Below are positions 50,075 through 62,068 of a stretch of DNA of 64,000 bases, one piece after another. Source of the DNA: Oopsacas minuta (taxonomy: Eukaryota; Animalia; Porifera); assembly GCA_024704765.1 (NCBI GenBank), contig JAKMXF010000055.1:1-64000 (forward strand). Reading direction: 5' to 3'. Positions within the stretch are counted from its first letter, which is position 1. Every line of letters begins with the position of its first letter. Below the pieces are notes generated by a model. The model did not search any database. It was not told the DNA's origin and saw nothing but the letters and a program-made list of their open reading frames with translations. The position numbers and the translations under genes are program-made.

Positions 50075-51044
50075 CAGTGGATACCGTTAGAAGAACATTC
50101 TTGCCAGTAATAATGTAGGTTATTATAACCATAATTTATTGTACAGTACTCGCAAGCTCACGCTTGCTATCGCTGCACGTCCTTCGAACATATCGTGTTC
50201 GAAGAAGTTACCATTCGGGTGTCTCCTGTGTTCTGCTTTAGTTAGTAATATTTACTATATACTTATTGAACATTTAACGACTCAATATAGACGTTTCACA
50301 CGCTACAGCCTAAATCTACTATATTTTTCGCATGGTCACATGGTGATTCAATTTGCATTTGCCAATTTTGCTAAATTTTAAGTTTTGAATATTTTTCTTC
50401 ATTTTAATTGACCTGTATTAGAGGCTAGGACCTGATAGGGCAAGATAATCTCAATTGATACACCCTCGAACTGGTTGGCCAAGTTCATTTCACACCATAT
50501 CTCAAAGATGTGTGACAATCTTGAAATTCTGATGAAAGAATTTGCAATGTTTGTAAATTTTCTTCGTTGTTTGGTACCATTGTCGACCTTCTTTGACCAC
50601 TGGTTCATACCTATGATGAAGACAGGCGTAGATCCATAGTTACATGCCTACAGGTATTCAGACAGACACTGCTCATTTAATAGTATAGATTTATGAGGAC
50701 TATTTTCCTCAAGATTAATCGTATAACTAGAATGTTCTTATTACCGGTGTGGTAGTGTCATGTGTCCTCCCTAAATTCTGTCCCCCCGGACTAGTGGCAC
50801 TAGGGCCAAATGTCCCCCGGACTAGTGACACTAGGGCAAGGAGTCCCGCCGACGAATGGCACTAGTGTGGAGTGTCCCCCCGGACCTCTGGCACTAGGGT
50901 AAGTAGTCCCCACTTTGGGTCAGATGTCCCCCGGACTACTGACCCTAGTGCCAGAGGTCCGGGGGACATATCACCCTAGTGCCACAAGTCCGGGGGGACA
51001 GCTCACCCGGAGGACCACTGCCCCTCTGACACCGACATCCACTG
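50075..51044 (-). mobile_element. pogo-like deleted element whose right TIR is split by a foldback MITE
   Basis: TA-CAGTGGAT at both ends; AAGAACATTCT subterminal match; weak LSGPSL CENP-B-like remnant. Confidence 0.5.
50746..51033. mobile_element. Foldback-type MITE built from ~32-bp GTCCCCCGGAC...GGCACTAGGG units in inverted arrangement
   Basis: About five forward and two reverse units visible; GGTGT/ACACC ends. Confidence 0.75.
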
Positions 51045-51809
51045 TAATTATTTTGTATGTTTATTTTCCTTCTAACATCATTATTATCTCAAGATATATT
51101 TTAGTGATCCATCAGTGCTTTTCCTCCAAGAAGGCAGACATACATACTCTACCGGTTATACAGAATCTTCAAATTTCTGCTACCCTGCCCAAGCTCAATT
51201 TGAAGAAAATTGCAATTCCTCCCATTCTCAAGAAAACACCTCTCGAGATATACCCACCAACATCCAACTCCCAACCTCGACATCGATGTATGTAATCTAA
51301 TTTAATGAATTTACTTCGTTTGCTAAATAATGATGACGTAGTATTAATGCAATTATTATGCACTTTTGTGAAATATTTGGTCAGCTTGTTAGGTTTTAGT
51401 CGTCTACATATTCCATCAAATCTTGAACCCATAATCATATATATTGGCTGAGCAGTTGCTAATTAAGTATTTATTTAGAATGCCGAGAAGTGACAATTTC
51501 TTTATAATTCTTCCTATCGTTGTTGTCATCTTGTTAATTTTCCTAGACTGGAACTTGTCCAAGCCAGTCCCCAAAGGCCCCTACTTGTCAAATTTCAGCC
51601 CTTCGATATTTCATTCATATTATATTATTTTAGTCCTAACATCCTAAAATGCTTATAATTAATGTCACATGGGATATAATCTTGTCAAATTTAACCATGG
51701 AAGTAGAATCTCTGTCATAATCGCAAAAATATGGCGTCAGTAGATATAGTTCTTACTGTGCTAACTATTCTTTAGAATAATGGCCCAGTATTGAAATGGT
51801 TGCCTATAT

Positions 51810-52846
51810 TTTTACTGTACTGACTATACTTTTGTATAGTGGCCCGGTATTGAAATGGTTGCCTATATTATTTTTTCTTTTTTTTCTCTGTAAAAGCCCT
51901 GCAGGCAAACTGGATAGAATTCCGGTGATATATGGTGTGAGAAATATTGAAGATATTCGTCGGGTGTTCCTCTCCCCTTGCTAAGCAATCGGACATCAAG
52001 TGCCACTATTTCACACTGGTCAACCTTTTTCAGGCGTCCAGCAAAAAATTATGACAGGAAAGGTGCCAAAATTTTCACACCTTTAGAAAAGAGAAAGAAT
52101 TTAACACCTTCGTACTCTTCTAGAATTTTATATTGGTTGTAGTTTTTGCTGCAGGTAAATGGAAAATATTCATTATATAGCACTCTGTCATCGTTAATAA
52201 TTCTGTCGTTCTTAGACGTTAATTATTTATTAGTTAAACAATAGGTACTTCTTGTGTTGTATATAATATGCATTCATTGAATATCTAAATCTAACGGTAG
52301 CTTTAATTATTTCGATAATATTTATGAATATAATATTTTTCAAATTACTTATGGATAATTTATAAGATATGTATTTCCCAATATAACCTTTGAATAATCG
52401 TAGAAGATTATTCTAAACAACAAAAGGGGGGTAATTCAATACGTTGATTACGAATTGGACACTCTTGAATTTGTACCGATGAAATCTCCTCCTGTATTCC
52501 CTTCTATTAATATTATTTAGTCAACTGATAATTATTGCAAACAAATTGAACATTTTTGGACTGGCTAATCATAGTAAATTGTAAATATATTGTATGATGG
52601 ATTTTAAATCCGAGTGGAGCGAGGAAAATATGTACAATCTCAACCAGTGCCGATAGCTTAGTCTATTAAATTCATTTTGTTTAAAAGTGGAGCTATTAAT
52701 TGGATGCACTATGTGCATTGGGATTCATTTTGACCTTTCATAATTCCTTCAATTATTAGTGCAACTTTTTAAACAAATTGAATTTAATTGACTAAGCTGT
52801 CCCCACAGGTTGTAATTTTATATTTGTTTTCTCAGCCCTTTTCATG
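51810..52846 (+). repeat. Unclassified ~1.0-kb interspersed repeat, copy 2 (local ~60-bp tandem duplication at its left end)
   Basis: Colinear with 10965-11993; tggcc(c)agtattgaaatggttgcctata occurs twice at 51781 and 51840. Confidence 0.9.
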
Positions 52847-54164
52847 TCTACGAGCAGTGATGCCGCTAGCATTAGGCTAGATGCGGCTAGCGCCCCATCA
52901 GTGATGAGTGGGTGTAGGACTTGTAGATATCTAATCAGGTCCGCGCTATCTATTTACGTAACTAAAGAATTACTTCATTATCAGTATTCATGGAATATTC
53001 GAATGCCGCCAATTGTTGGGTCACCAATTGTTAATTCATAATCATGGTACAGTAAGAAATCAATATGAATAATTGGGGTAATCTTATTTATAATTTGTTG
53101 TTGTTTTATAAAGATAATGTAAACAGATCCAAATCTCATAATAATGATCATATACGTACACTAATCATGCTCTAAACCTCAACACAGGGATAATGCAGTA
53201 TTAAGATTCCAAATTTTGCATTTTTGTCATAAATACAGTCGAAATCGGGTTATTTTGTCTATTTGATTGCACTACCAAAAAGACAAATTATCCCCATAGA
53301 CAAAATATTCTATTATGCTAAATACTGATAGACAGGATCATTTTGGATACCTAGAAATCCGATTGGCCAAAATAACCCGGTGTAAAAATACCTCGAATTC
53401 GATTGTATGTAACTTTTTTTGGATATTGATGTCATATATTACTCCATTCGAGTTGCGAAGTGACTGGAATACACAGACACGTAATGCTCATATAGTTCCA
53501 TTACCTGGATTTCAGAATGTGCAAATTTGACATCTTTGTTAGGATCATTACTACGTATCAGAAATTCAATGCAGGTCAGCCCCAGGAGGTATAACTCAAT
53601 CATTTTTGGACCCATTAGGAGTCGTGTGCTAACCCCGCCACAGTCTTCGAGCGTGCTTCTCTTGTTCTTCGCTTCACTACCGGTTAACCACCATTGGAGT
53701 TTTGTTATTAACTTTGTAGCCAAAAATTGATTTATCGACTCCATCCCTTGTTCGGATAATCCAGGTGTACTGTAGTTGATTATAGAATTATATTACAATT
53801 TATAACTATATTGATGATTGTGACAACCAGTAGACCGCTGGTTTTGACAATTCGGACCTCGACATAGATCCTTTGGTCATCTAAGGTCTCCTGAAGATCT
53901 AGTAGTCCCTATACTGATATCCTCGTGCCTGTGTGAGTTAGAGTTTTGATGCTGTCATAAGTTAGAATTCTATCAATCGTCCTAAGTTAGAAGCACCTCT
54001 TGGTTCTACTGAGTACTATCACAAGTTAGAATCCATTTTGCCACTACTTCACAAGTTGTAATAGATTTTGATTATATATTATTGTCATGGAAAATGGTGA
54101 TCACTATATTAAAGTTTGATGAAAACATAAAAAAATATATTCAACATCAGACATTTCCCTGGAG

Positions 54165-54529
54165 TTATTTAGGAAAATTTTGAAATCTTCTCTGAACTGT
54201 ACAACGACAGACCGTACAAGGCTGTTCTATTTCTTCAAGCCTCTCACTACTTTCCGTACAAATGCAGCACGCATACACGACATGAAATTCCTGGTAGTTG
54301 TACGAGGTGATCGACATACAAGATACAACGCTTTTTTTCAGATGTGTCAATTTCATCACTTTCACCTTCAGCTTCGGAATCACTGGAGGAAGAATTATCT
54401 TTTTTCTGTTCCAAATTATATCCGTGTTTGATTCGAGAAATTTCGGTGTATATCTTCCGATCTTGTTTTACAAGATTTCTTTGTTTTCAATATGTATATT
54501 TTCCTTTGCCGACTTGTTTCTCTACCTTG
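54165..54529 (-). pseudogene. 3' end of the MULE transposase of 33569-38050, ending in a RING-like Cys cluster
   Basis: Frame continues across the TSD: NIGSLRQGRETSRQRKIYIL..., acidic linker, KKRCILY..., CCICTES..EQPCTVCRCTVQRRFQNF. Confidence 0.72.
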
Positions 54530-54537
54530 GTGTAAAC

Positions 54538-55589
54538 CAGTGGTCTTCAAACTTTTTTCTCAGCGTACCCCCTAGCTATTTTTGACTTTACGCGTACCCC
54601 CAAGTCCCCAACATCTAATTTTTACATATAGTATTATAAATTCTTAAGTAATATTCAAGTGAATAATAAAGAATGATGATAATTCCTATTCAATTACTTC
54701 TGAATAGATTTCTACTCTAAATTCTAAAGGTATTCTTGAACCTAATGGGATAAATGGTGCTGTTTAAGCTCTAAAATTGACTATTTCTGGGCCTAATATT
54801 AGTCAATGCTAGTATCAGAGATGACTCTGGATCCAGGCGATTTCTGAGTTTTGTTTTAATTGTAGTGTGGGCTGAGAAACCTTGTTCGCATGAGTATGTT
54901 GAGTGAAAAGGAAGTAACTGAGTAATTGCAACATTACTAATATTTTTTATTCAAAGCTAGCAAATGTCCAAAACTGGCACAGAGCATGTTGTCTAAAATA
55001 GATCTAATGGAACTGTCAACAGACCAAGCAAATTTTCTTTTAGTTTATTGCTAAGATTCGTTTCAGAAATTGACTGAGTTGCAAAAGGAGTAGTAATCCA
55101 AGTATTTGTCAAATCTCTTAGATCTATTTCAGAAAAATACTTCAGAAAAGTATTTGCAAGTATTGTTAGGTGATTGCTAATTATTACCATCACTCTCCCT
55201 GTGAGAACTACATTTTCAATGATAAGATTGCTGAGCGAATCAAAAGTGGTGATATCTCCTTTTTCAACTTGAGTAACCCCCTAATACAATACTTTCTTGT
55301 AAAAGCCTTTCACTTTGTCATGTGCCTGAAAAATATTAATATCAAATCCTTGCAACTGAAGATTTAGCTCGTGTATTTTACTGAATACGTCTGTAAGATA
55401 GGCTAATTGACAAACCCAGTCTTCGTCCAAAAATGAACTTTCAAATCAGATTTCATATCTGAGAGAAAAGTACATACTTCGTGTCTCATTTCAAAAAGTC
55501 TCGTCAAGACTCGTCCTCTCGACAACCACCTGACCTCAGTATGCAACAATGATTGCGTGTGGTTTGCCCCCATTTCTTCACACATTATT
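54538..55589 (-). mobile_element. hAT (Buster/ZBED5-like) 3' half with terminal TIR
   Basis: TIR CAGTGGTCTTCAAAC preceded by GTGTAAAC; LLHTEVRWLSRGRVLTRLFE. Rejoined across TTAA it reads SRLFKIMCEEMG. Confidence 0.92.
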
Positions 55590-56239
55590 TTAAGGGGAAA
55601 GTATCCTGAAACAACCTTATAGTGAAAGTATTTGATAAATTTGGCCCAAATTTCTAGTAGGTTTCTGACCCCCTTCGATCCTTCCAAAAATGCATTAATA
55701 TTAGCAAGTATTAAAAATCGAAATTCCTATTTGAAATTTATGGATCAAATTTCTAGAAATAATTTAAAATTTTCAAAAGGCTAATTACATTCAATAACTG
55801 TTTTAAAACGTTCAATACATTTACAAATAGCTTTTCTACTCACTCGATTTTCTATAAAACAGCCAGGAAGTAATTTTGGATTTCCCAAGCTTTGGTTGAA
55901 TTTACATGTGGGCATTAAAAATATTTTATTTAAATTATCGTATTTTTAGACTTTAAATCAAAGTTCGAAAGATTAGAAAAGTTACAAAACTGTCTAAGCT
56001 ACCAGAATCCGTTTACAAATCAGTAATCGGTAATATATATTTAAAATTATGATTTTTAGACATGGAAATTTTTACATTCTGAGATAATCGCCCAGAAAGT
56101 AAGAAATTTACATAGAATGATGTTTTCAATAGTTTAAAGGCTGGAATATGCTAGTATACTAAGAATACAACTAAATACAATAATATATTACAAGAGAACA
56201 CAACTATACTATCGTAAAAGATACATAAATAGGGTATAT

Positions 56240-58534
56240 CTATGATCGCTGACACGTAGGACATATCCATAGCTCTTCCGCATTTACACACAAAACACTA
56301 CCATAAATATTATTCAGACAGAAATTATGAAACCAGCTATTACACACATCACAACAGGTCCAATCAAATACATCTATCTTAGCAACCTTTTTACTATTAG
56401 ATTTAGCACCACTGTTCTCATCACCACCACACAACATACAACAAACATCACTACTAACACTTACATGTGAATATGCACCACTCTTATATCCATCACCTAA
56501 TCTCTTCCTCCTGCGTTTGGATTGCTTTATTGACCATCTACGTTTCGTGTACTCTTTACCTTTCTTTAATTTGCTAAAATCTATTCTATCATTATCAGAC
56601 GAACTACAGAAGCGTATAAAGGATTGTGAAGGTTGCAATCCTAACTCCCTAACTAAATCTGTAATACCAGCAAAACCATCATTGTACTTAATGACAGCGA
56701 GGCTTGATCCAAAATGCATCAGGTCCAGGTCAATTGCTCTTGTTTTAGGAATAAAAGACCAAATGACATTGTGCAAACTTTCATTCAAGTTTGATGTCCT
56801 ACCCGCCTTCACCTTATCTAAAAATGAAAGTGTCATATAGGGTCCTAGGATTTCAATGAGCCGGTCTTTGCATGATTGAGAGAGAGCTGTTGGATGTGAA
56901 GGTATGGGATCTCCTAAGAATTTTGCTCTCCTATAGTGACACCAAGAGCTCTCACCTTCAGGACAAAACTGATGCATTTCGGAGCAATTCTCGTCTGTAG
57001 CTGCTAAATGGTAAACTATGGCCAATAATAAATCCCGAATTTCAGGTAATGTAGAAGTAGAATTAGATTTTATGGTATAACCATACAGGGAGGTGATTTT
57101 GTCAATAGTAGAGTCTGATAGTAATTCGATGTCAAAACTACTTTTATCTAAATCACTATCGTCCCATTTTTCCCTTACTAATTTAGAGTCACGAAACGTA
57201 AAAGGTCTATAAGCCTGCCTAATATGCTTCTTCGCTTTCTCAGTTTTAGCTACAGCCAACTCATGTAGCATCAATGTTTTTTGAGAAGCTATAAATTGCT
57301 TCTGTTTTTCCACCAAATGTATTTTGATACGTTTTTGCACGTGACTAAGGCATTCCTCACGTGAAATAACAACTCCATATTCACCATAAATATCAATGTC
57401 GACCAAGATATTCATACTTTTGTCATCCCCATCCGCAACCACAGTAGAATATAATAATTTTTGGTCAATAGACTTACGGAAAACAACAGGAGCTAACTTA
57501 GACTCTAAAGCCACGGAAGTATAATCCCCATATTCCTTTGCTTGGCATGTTTCCCGTGCTCGACTAGCCATAGGAAATAATCCTCCTTAGACAACCTCTT
57601 GCTTTTAGAGCTTCTTGTTTTTCGACACAATATCAACAACCGTTGCAAGCAACTTCAAAGCTTAGTATTTAGCCGCTTTCTATGGAAATGGCTGCAGCAA
57701 AACAGTACCTCGCAAATCCGCCACCACCTTTCCCTGTCCTTTTTTGATAGGCACCATCATACGAAACTGCAACACTCAGAAATTCATCCCCTTGTTTTAT
57801 GATACATGTTTCTCAACTTTTCAGCAGCACGGTTACAGCTGCGTACAGCCATTACCATAGAAACCATTGATACATGTTTTTGGGTTGCATAAAATGCCCT
57901 ATTAGCAAGGGTGGGGGATAAACCAATGATTGAATTCATAATATCAATCCCACTTTTACCAATCCCAGCAAGCTTACCACCCAATACTTGTAACATATTG
58001 TGACCAAACATTATTTTATTATCTCCCTCAGTGGATTGGGATCTAGGGAGCGAATAAAATTCTGAAGAATGTCGACACTGTTCGCAGATAATATACTAAT
58101 GCTTGACAACACCATTCGTATAACAGGATTGGTACAGTCCTAAATTTCCTTTCATACAATATTTACACATAGAAACTTCAGCTAAACTGTTTTCAAGTAT
58201 ACTTATGTCAATAAGAACTTGACCATCGACCTTTGACAAATTTCTAGTTACTGGTTTTTCCTTCCCAATCTGAAATATATCCATATCTTTATGCTGAATA
58301 CCACCGATACAACTACGACTAAGTTTACTTTCAGAAGTAGTGAGACAAACTTCAGAGATGGCTTCTAATTCACACAGCTCACTGTCAACATTATCATCCA
58401 ACTTAGGGGACTTACTTCGTAGTTCCAACTCTTCAAAATCAGAAGTCAAACTTGATTGGCCGAAAGAGGTAGGAGGTCGGATAGTTTTCGGATTGAAACG
58501 ATGAACAAAACTTTTCTTACTTTTTTCTTACCAT
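56240..58534 (-). pseudogene. Kolobok-like DDE transposase with a C-terminal PHD finger, disrupted in the N-terminal half
   Basis: ORFs 58096-58449, 57784-58011 and 56240-57571 join into one protein; PHD pattern CMLCGG...WTCCDVCNSWFHNFCL...WICPTC. Confidence 0.8.
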
Positions 58535-58541
58535 AAACAAA

Positions 58542-58943
58542 TCAATTTGGAGGAATATAAGCAAAATTTGAATCTGTTGCAGTAAATTGTGCAATAGACG
58601 AAGAAGGTTGTACAAAATCAAAATTCTTAGGAACAGTATTGACGAACAATGAATCATCATTCTTATTTCCGTCACCCTTTGGACCCGGGTTTAGTTCTAC
58701 ACACCCAATTACAAGTAACATTGAGATCACACAAGCAAGAAGAGCTATGCCTGACGCAATTTCTAGTTGAAAGTGCTGGGAGAAGAAGAACATTATTCTC
58801 TTTGAATTGAATAACCCAATTTTAGCTCTCCAGAGCTCCAAAGCGATCATTGATAGAGAAAAAATGACAATAAATATGCTAAAGGTTTGAAGAGAAGGGA
58901 TTGGTAAGAATAATTGCAAACACAAATGGAATATAGGGATCAA
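58542..58943 (-). CDS. Hydrophobic upstream ORF with a 2A-like motif (LLVIGCVELNPGP); second copy at 29123-29520
   Basis: MIALELWRAKIGLFN...LLACVISMLLVIGCVELNPGP; open in both copies. Confidence 0.5.
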   Translation of the reverse strand: MIPIFHLCLQLFLPIPSLQTFSIFIVIFSLSMIALELWRAKIGLFNSKRIMFFFSQHFQLEIASGIALLACVISMLLVIGCVELNPGPKGDGNKNDDSLFVNTVPKNFDFVQPSSSIAQFTATDSNFAYIPPN

Positions 58944-59008
58944 TATAAATTTCGCGAATAAAAAAGATAACTATGAAACCCAGCAGGGTAAAGCGAGTTT
59001 GTTAATGA

Positions 59009-59368
59009 CTAATAAGTAGGATACGGTACATTAAATTTAGGTGCTGGCCCTAGAGTTTTATAAGGTTTTTTCCTCCATCTGAATAGACTCTCCCTTGTCC
59101 AGCCGCATTTACTATCGCTTACTCTGTAGTTCCAGGAAGGATAATGAAAATGTACAAATTCTTCCTCTGAACTAGGAAGCTCTGGTAGTGACTCTGAGGA
59201 TTCTGTAACCGTAAAATCCTCCAGCTTCATCCTTTTCGCTGGAGTCTCTTCAGTTTTCTCCAATCCCCATTTGCGGGTTGTATATGTACATCTTGAGGCT
59301 CTCCCTCTGTTTTCAGGTGGGAGATAGCCTGGTGGAGACGTTTGGGATTTTGAAAATTCTCGAGACAT
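59009..59368 (-). CDS. Possible accessory ORF of the Kolobok-like element (119 aa; also at 31480-31838)
   Basis: Open in both duplicate copies; no recognisable domain. Confidence 0.3.
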   Translation of the reverse strand: MSREFSKSQTSPPGYLPPENRGRASRCTYTTRKWGLEKTEETPAKRMKLEDFTVTESSESLPELPSSEEEFVHFHYPSWNYRVSDSKCGWTRESLFRWRKKPYKTLGPAPKFNVPYPTY

Positions 59369-59530
59369 TCTTATATATTCTATTGGAACATGTGCAAAAT
59401 TATATCAGCATTGGGGTATATCGAATACTTCAGTCAAATTTCATAATCAGACAATCAAATTGTGACACGTGTTGAGATGCGTAATTATTTGTGAGATATG
59501 GAAATATTTTAAAGAAGTCATCAGAATATA

Positions 59531-60927
59531 CAGTCAACGGACAAAAGTATTCGACCATTTCACAATAGTTTAACGCGTATTTTTATTGGACCATGTAGAG
59601 TATACTTAAGGTAATAATATCAACACTAGTAGAGCTTTACCGAAATATATTCAATATTCAACTATGTATATATCCTTGGCTGATGATTCATTAGTATATT
59701 ATCCTCTATATTTATGGTTAGATTCAATTTATATTAATCAATGACCAAGACTAGTGAAGTTCCTATTGATATTCGAAACCAAATAATTGGTTTATTGAAT
59801 GGAAATAAACATGGAGTTAGAGAAATAGCTCGTATGTATTCTCTATCACACTCTACGATCATCTCGCTCCGCAATAAGTGGGAGTGTAAAAGAGACATTC
59901 AAAATGTACCGAGGACCGGACGCCCAAAGAAGATCACAGCACATGGTACGCGTCAATTGAAGAATATTGTGAAATCGAATAGAACTAAAACATTGGAATC
60001 TCTAACGAACTTATTCAACTCAGGAAAAGATGATGAAGTTTCATCAAAAACAGTGGCTCGTACGCTTCACAGCCTGGGATTTCATGCACGTAAGGCCTGT
60101 AGGAAGCCAATGATCTCCAAGAAAAATCAGAAAAAAGGTTGGGATTTTATTATAAGTATAAAGATTGGTCTTGTGTTGATTGGCATAATGTCATATTCTC
60201 GGACGAGTCAAAGTTTAACCTCGTATATAACGACGGACGAGTCCGAGTCTGGAGACAGCCTGGAGAAAGGTTTGACAATTCGTGTACTTCTAAAACTGTA
60301 CATAGTGGCGGTGGGTCCGTCATGTTTTGGGGTTGCATATCAAATAACACATTGGGGCCACTGATAGAAGTAAGTACCAAATTAGATTCATCTAAATATA
60401 TTTCAAATATTTTAGCACCGTTCCTACAAACATTCTGGAGAAATTTCAGGAGAAGAAAGCCACAAGCAAAGTTTATGCAAGACAATGCACCGTGCCACAA
60501 GTCGAAAAAGGTGCTGTCATGGTTTGGGAGCAAGAAAGTGTCTATTCTAGATTGGCCACCCCAATCTCCCGACCTAAACCCTATAGAAAACTTGTGGGCG
60601 TTACTATTTACCGCTGTAAGAGAAAAACACGAGCAGAAGATAAATACTCTTCAGGAACTCCGAGTGGCTATAAGAGAAGAATGGGGGAAAATTCCAATAG
60701 ATATCCTCCAGAGGCTATATGCCAGCATTCCAGTACGACTTAAAGAGGTGAAAAAGGCTAAAGGAAATGCGACCAAATATTAGTGACATGCTTATTTCCA
60801 TTATGATTTAGTTCATTATAGTAATATTAGAATTAGAATTTGTAGTAATGGATTGAAAGACGCTCAAATTCCATGATATAATATTCAAATGTATAACATG
60901 TGGTCGAATACTTTTGTCCGTTGACTG
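59531..60927 (+). mobile_element. Tc1 (DD34E) transposon, full length, 1,397 bp
   Basis: Perfect 27-bp TIRs CAGTCAACGGACAAAAGTATTCGACCA; TA TSD; empty site gaataTAcaacggc near 32000. Confidence 0.97.
59741..60783 (+). pseudogene. Tc1 transposase with a single frameshift near 60135
   Basis: HTH with GRPKK, FSDES, QDNAPCH, WPPQSPDLNPIENLW; 34 residues counted between D2 and E; the frameshift lies in an A-rich run. Confidence 0.93.
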
Positions 60928-61088
60928 TATAACGGCAAAATGCGAAAAATATTTGAGATATTAATTCAAAACAGCCCAGAAATCTTGGAAAACTTCCTAA
61001 GAACCCAAGAATCCAATAAAACAGAAAATATTAGAATTTCAAAAATTTCTGAAAATTATGCATATTATATAGGATACTTCCCCCTTAA

Positions 61089-62068
61089 ATAGACGTGAAT
61101 TCAATGCTCTTGATTTGATATAATTGACAATTTTAACAGCATCATCAAATACCATGTGTAATTCTGGGCTCATTTTCTTAGTTGCCAAGGCTTGTTTATG
61201 AATCATGCAATGTTGCCATTTTAAATTTGGATTTACTGACTTAAGGTGAGCAATAAGACCATTTGTGTGTCCTGTTATTGAGGGAGCGCCATCTAAAGAT
61301 ATACTGGTGCACCATTCCCATTTGAAATCACATTCAGCTCTTATGTGACCATCGAGTACTTCAAATATTTTTTTCTCCAGTAGTTTTTCCAAGTTAACTT
61401 CTAGACGCCCAAATTTGATCATTAATACCTTCATCATAGCAGCACACATACATCAGTAATTGAGCCTGGTTTGAGATATCAGTCGATTCATCAAGTTGTA
61501 GTGCGAAACGTTTATCTTGTTTAATCTTCTCTATAACTTGTTGTGAGACATCACACGCCATTTCTTCAATTCTGCGAGCCATCGTTGTATCAGAAAATGG
61601 TATTGACTTGATTGCATTGACAGCTGCAGCACCTAGCATGTTTTCAGCTATTATTAAAGCACCTGGAATTATTAGATTTTCTGTGTTGAATAGTCCTTCT
61701 TAGCTCTAGCTGTAAAAATGCTAATTCACATGGTGTTTTTGTGCTATCTTATTAGACTGTCAAAAATGACTTATAATGCTTCTTGACTTAATAATTTCAC
61801 TAGCCTTTCGTTTGAAAATTCTATTGGGTTATTTTTTACTTCCTTGTGTTTTGTGACAAAATTTCTCCGTAAAAGAGATGGCGTCATACTATTTTTTGAC
61901 AAGGTTTGGTTGTAAATAACGTAAAGTGGTAATGCAGGGTCACTTTTGGTAGAAACAACCCAAACCTAATATATGATTCATCGTATCGTCCTCTTTTTGT
62001 TTTTGCTTCTGTTTTAGTTCGGTTAGTTACTCTCATTACCCCAGGAGATTCCGAATATGAACTTTCAC
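61089..62068 (-). mobile_element. hAT (Buster-like) 5' half, second copy, cut at 62068
   Basis: Near-identical to 32161-33140; QLDESTD intact in this copy. Confidence 0.92.

Larger units (their letters stand above)
55594..61084 (-). mobile_element. Kolobok-like DNA transposon (about 4.1 kb without the nested Tc1)
   Basis: TTAA on both flanks (55590-55593, 61085-61088); 14-bp TIRs GGGG(A/G)AAGTATCCT. Transposase motifs SYDGAYQKR, VADGDDKS, EECLSHVQKR, FCPEGESSWCHY, SNLNESLHNVIW. Confidence 0.8.

Noticed and set aside
50746-51033. CRISPR-like array
   Set aside because: The units are tandem and inverted without unique spacers, the context is eukaryotic, and no cas genes are present; the 43-46 kb array is also too degenerate.
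56517-60533. ORFs 56517-56840, 57599-57802 and 60150-60533
   Set aside because: Antisense shadows of the Kolobok-like and Tc1 transposases.
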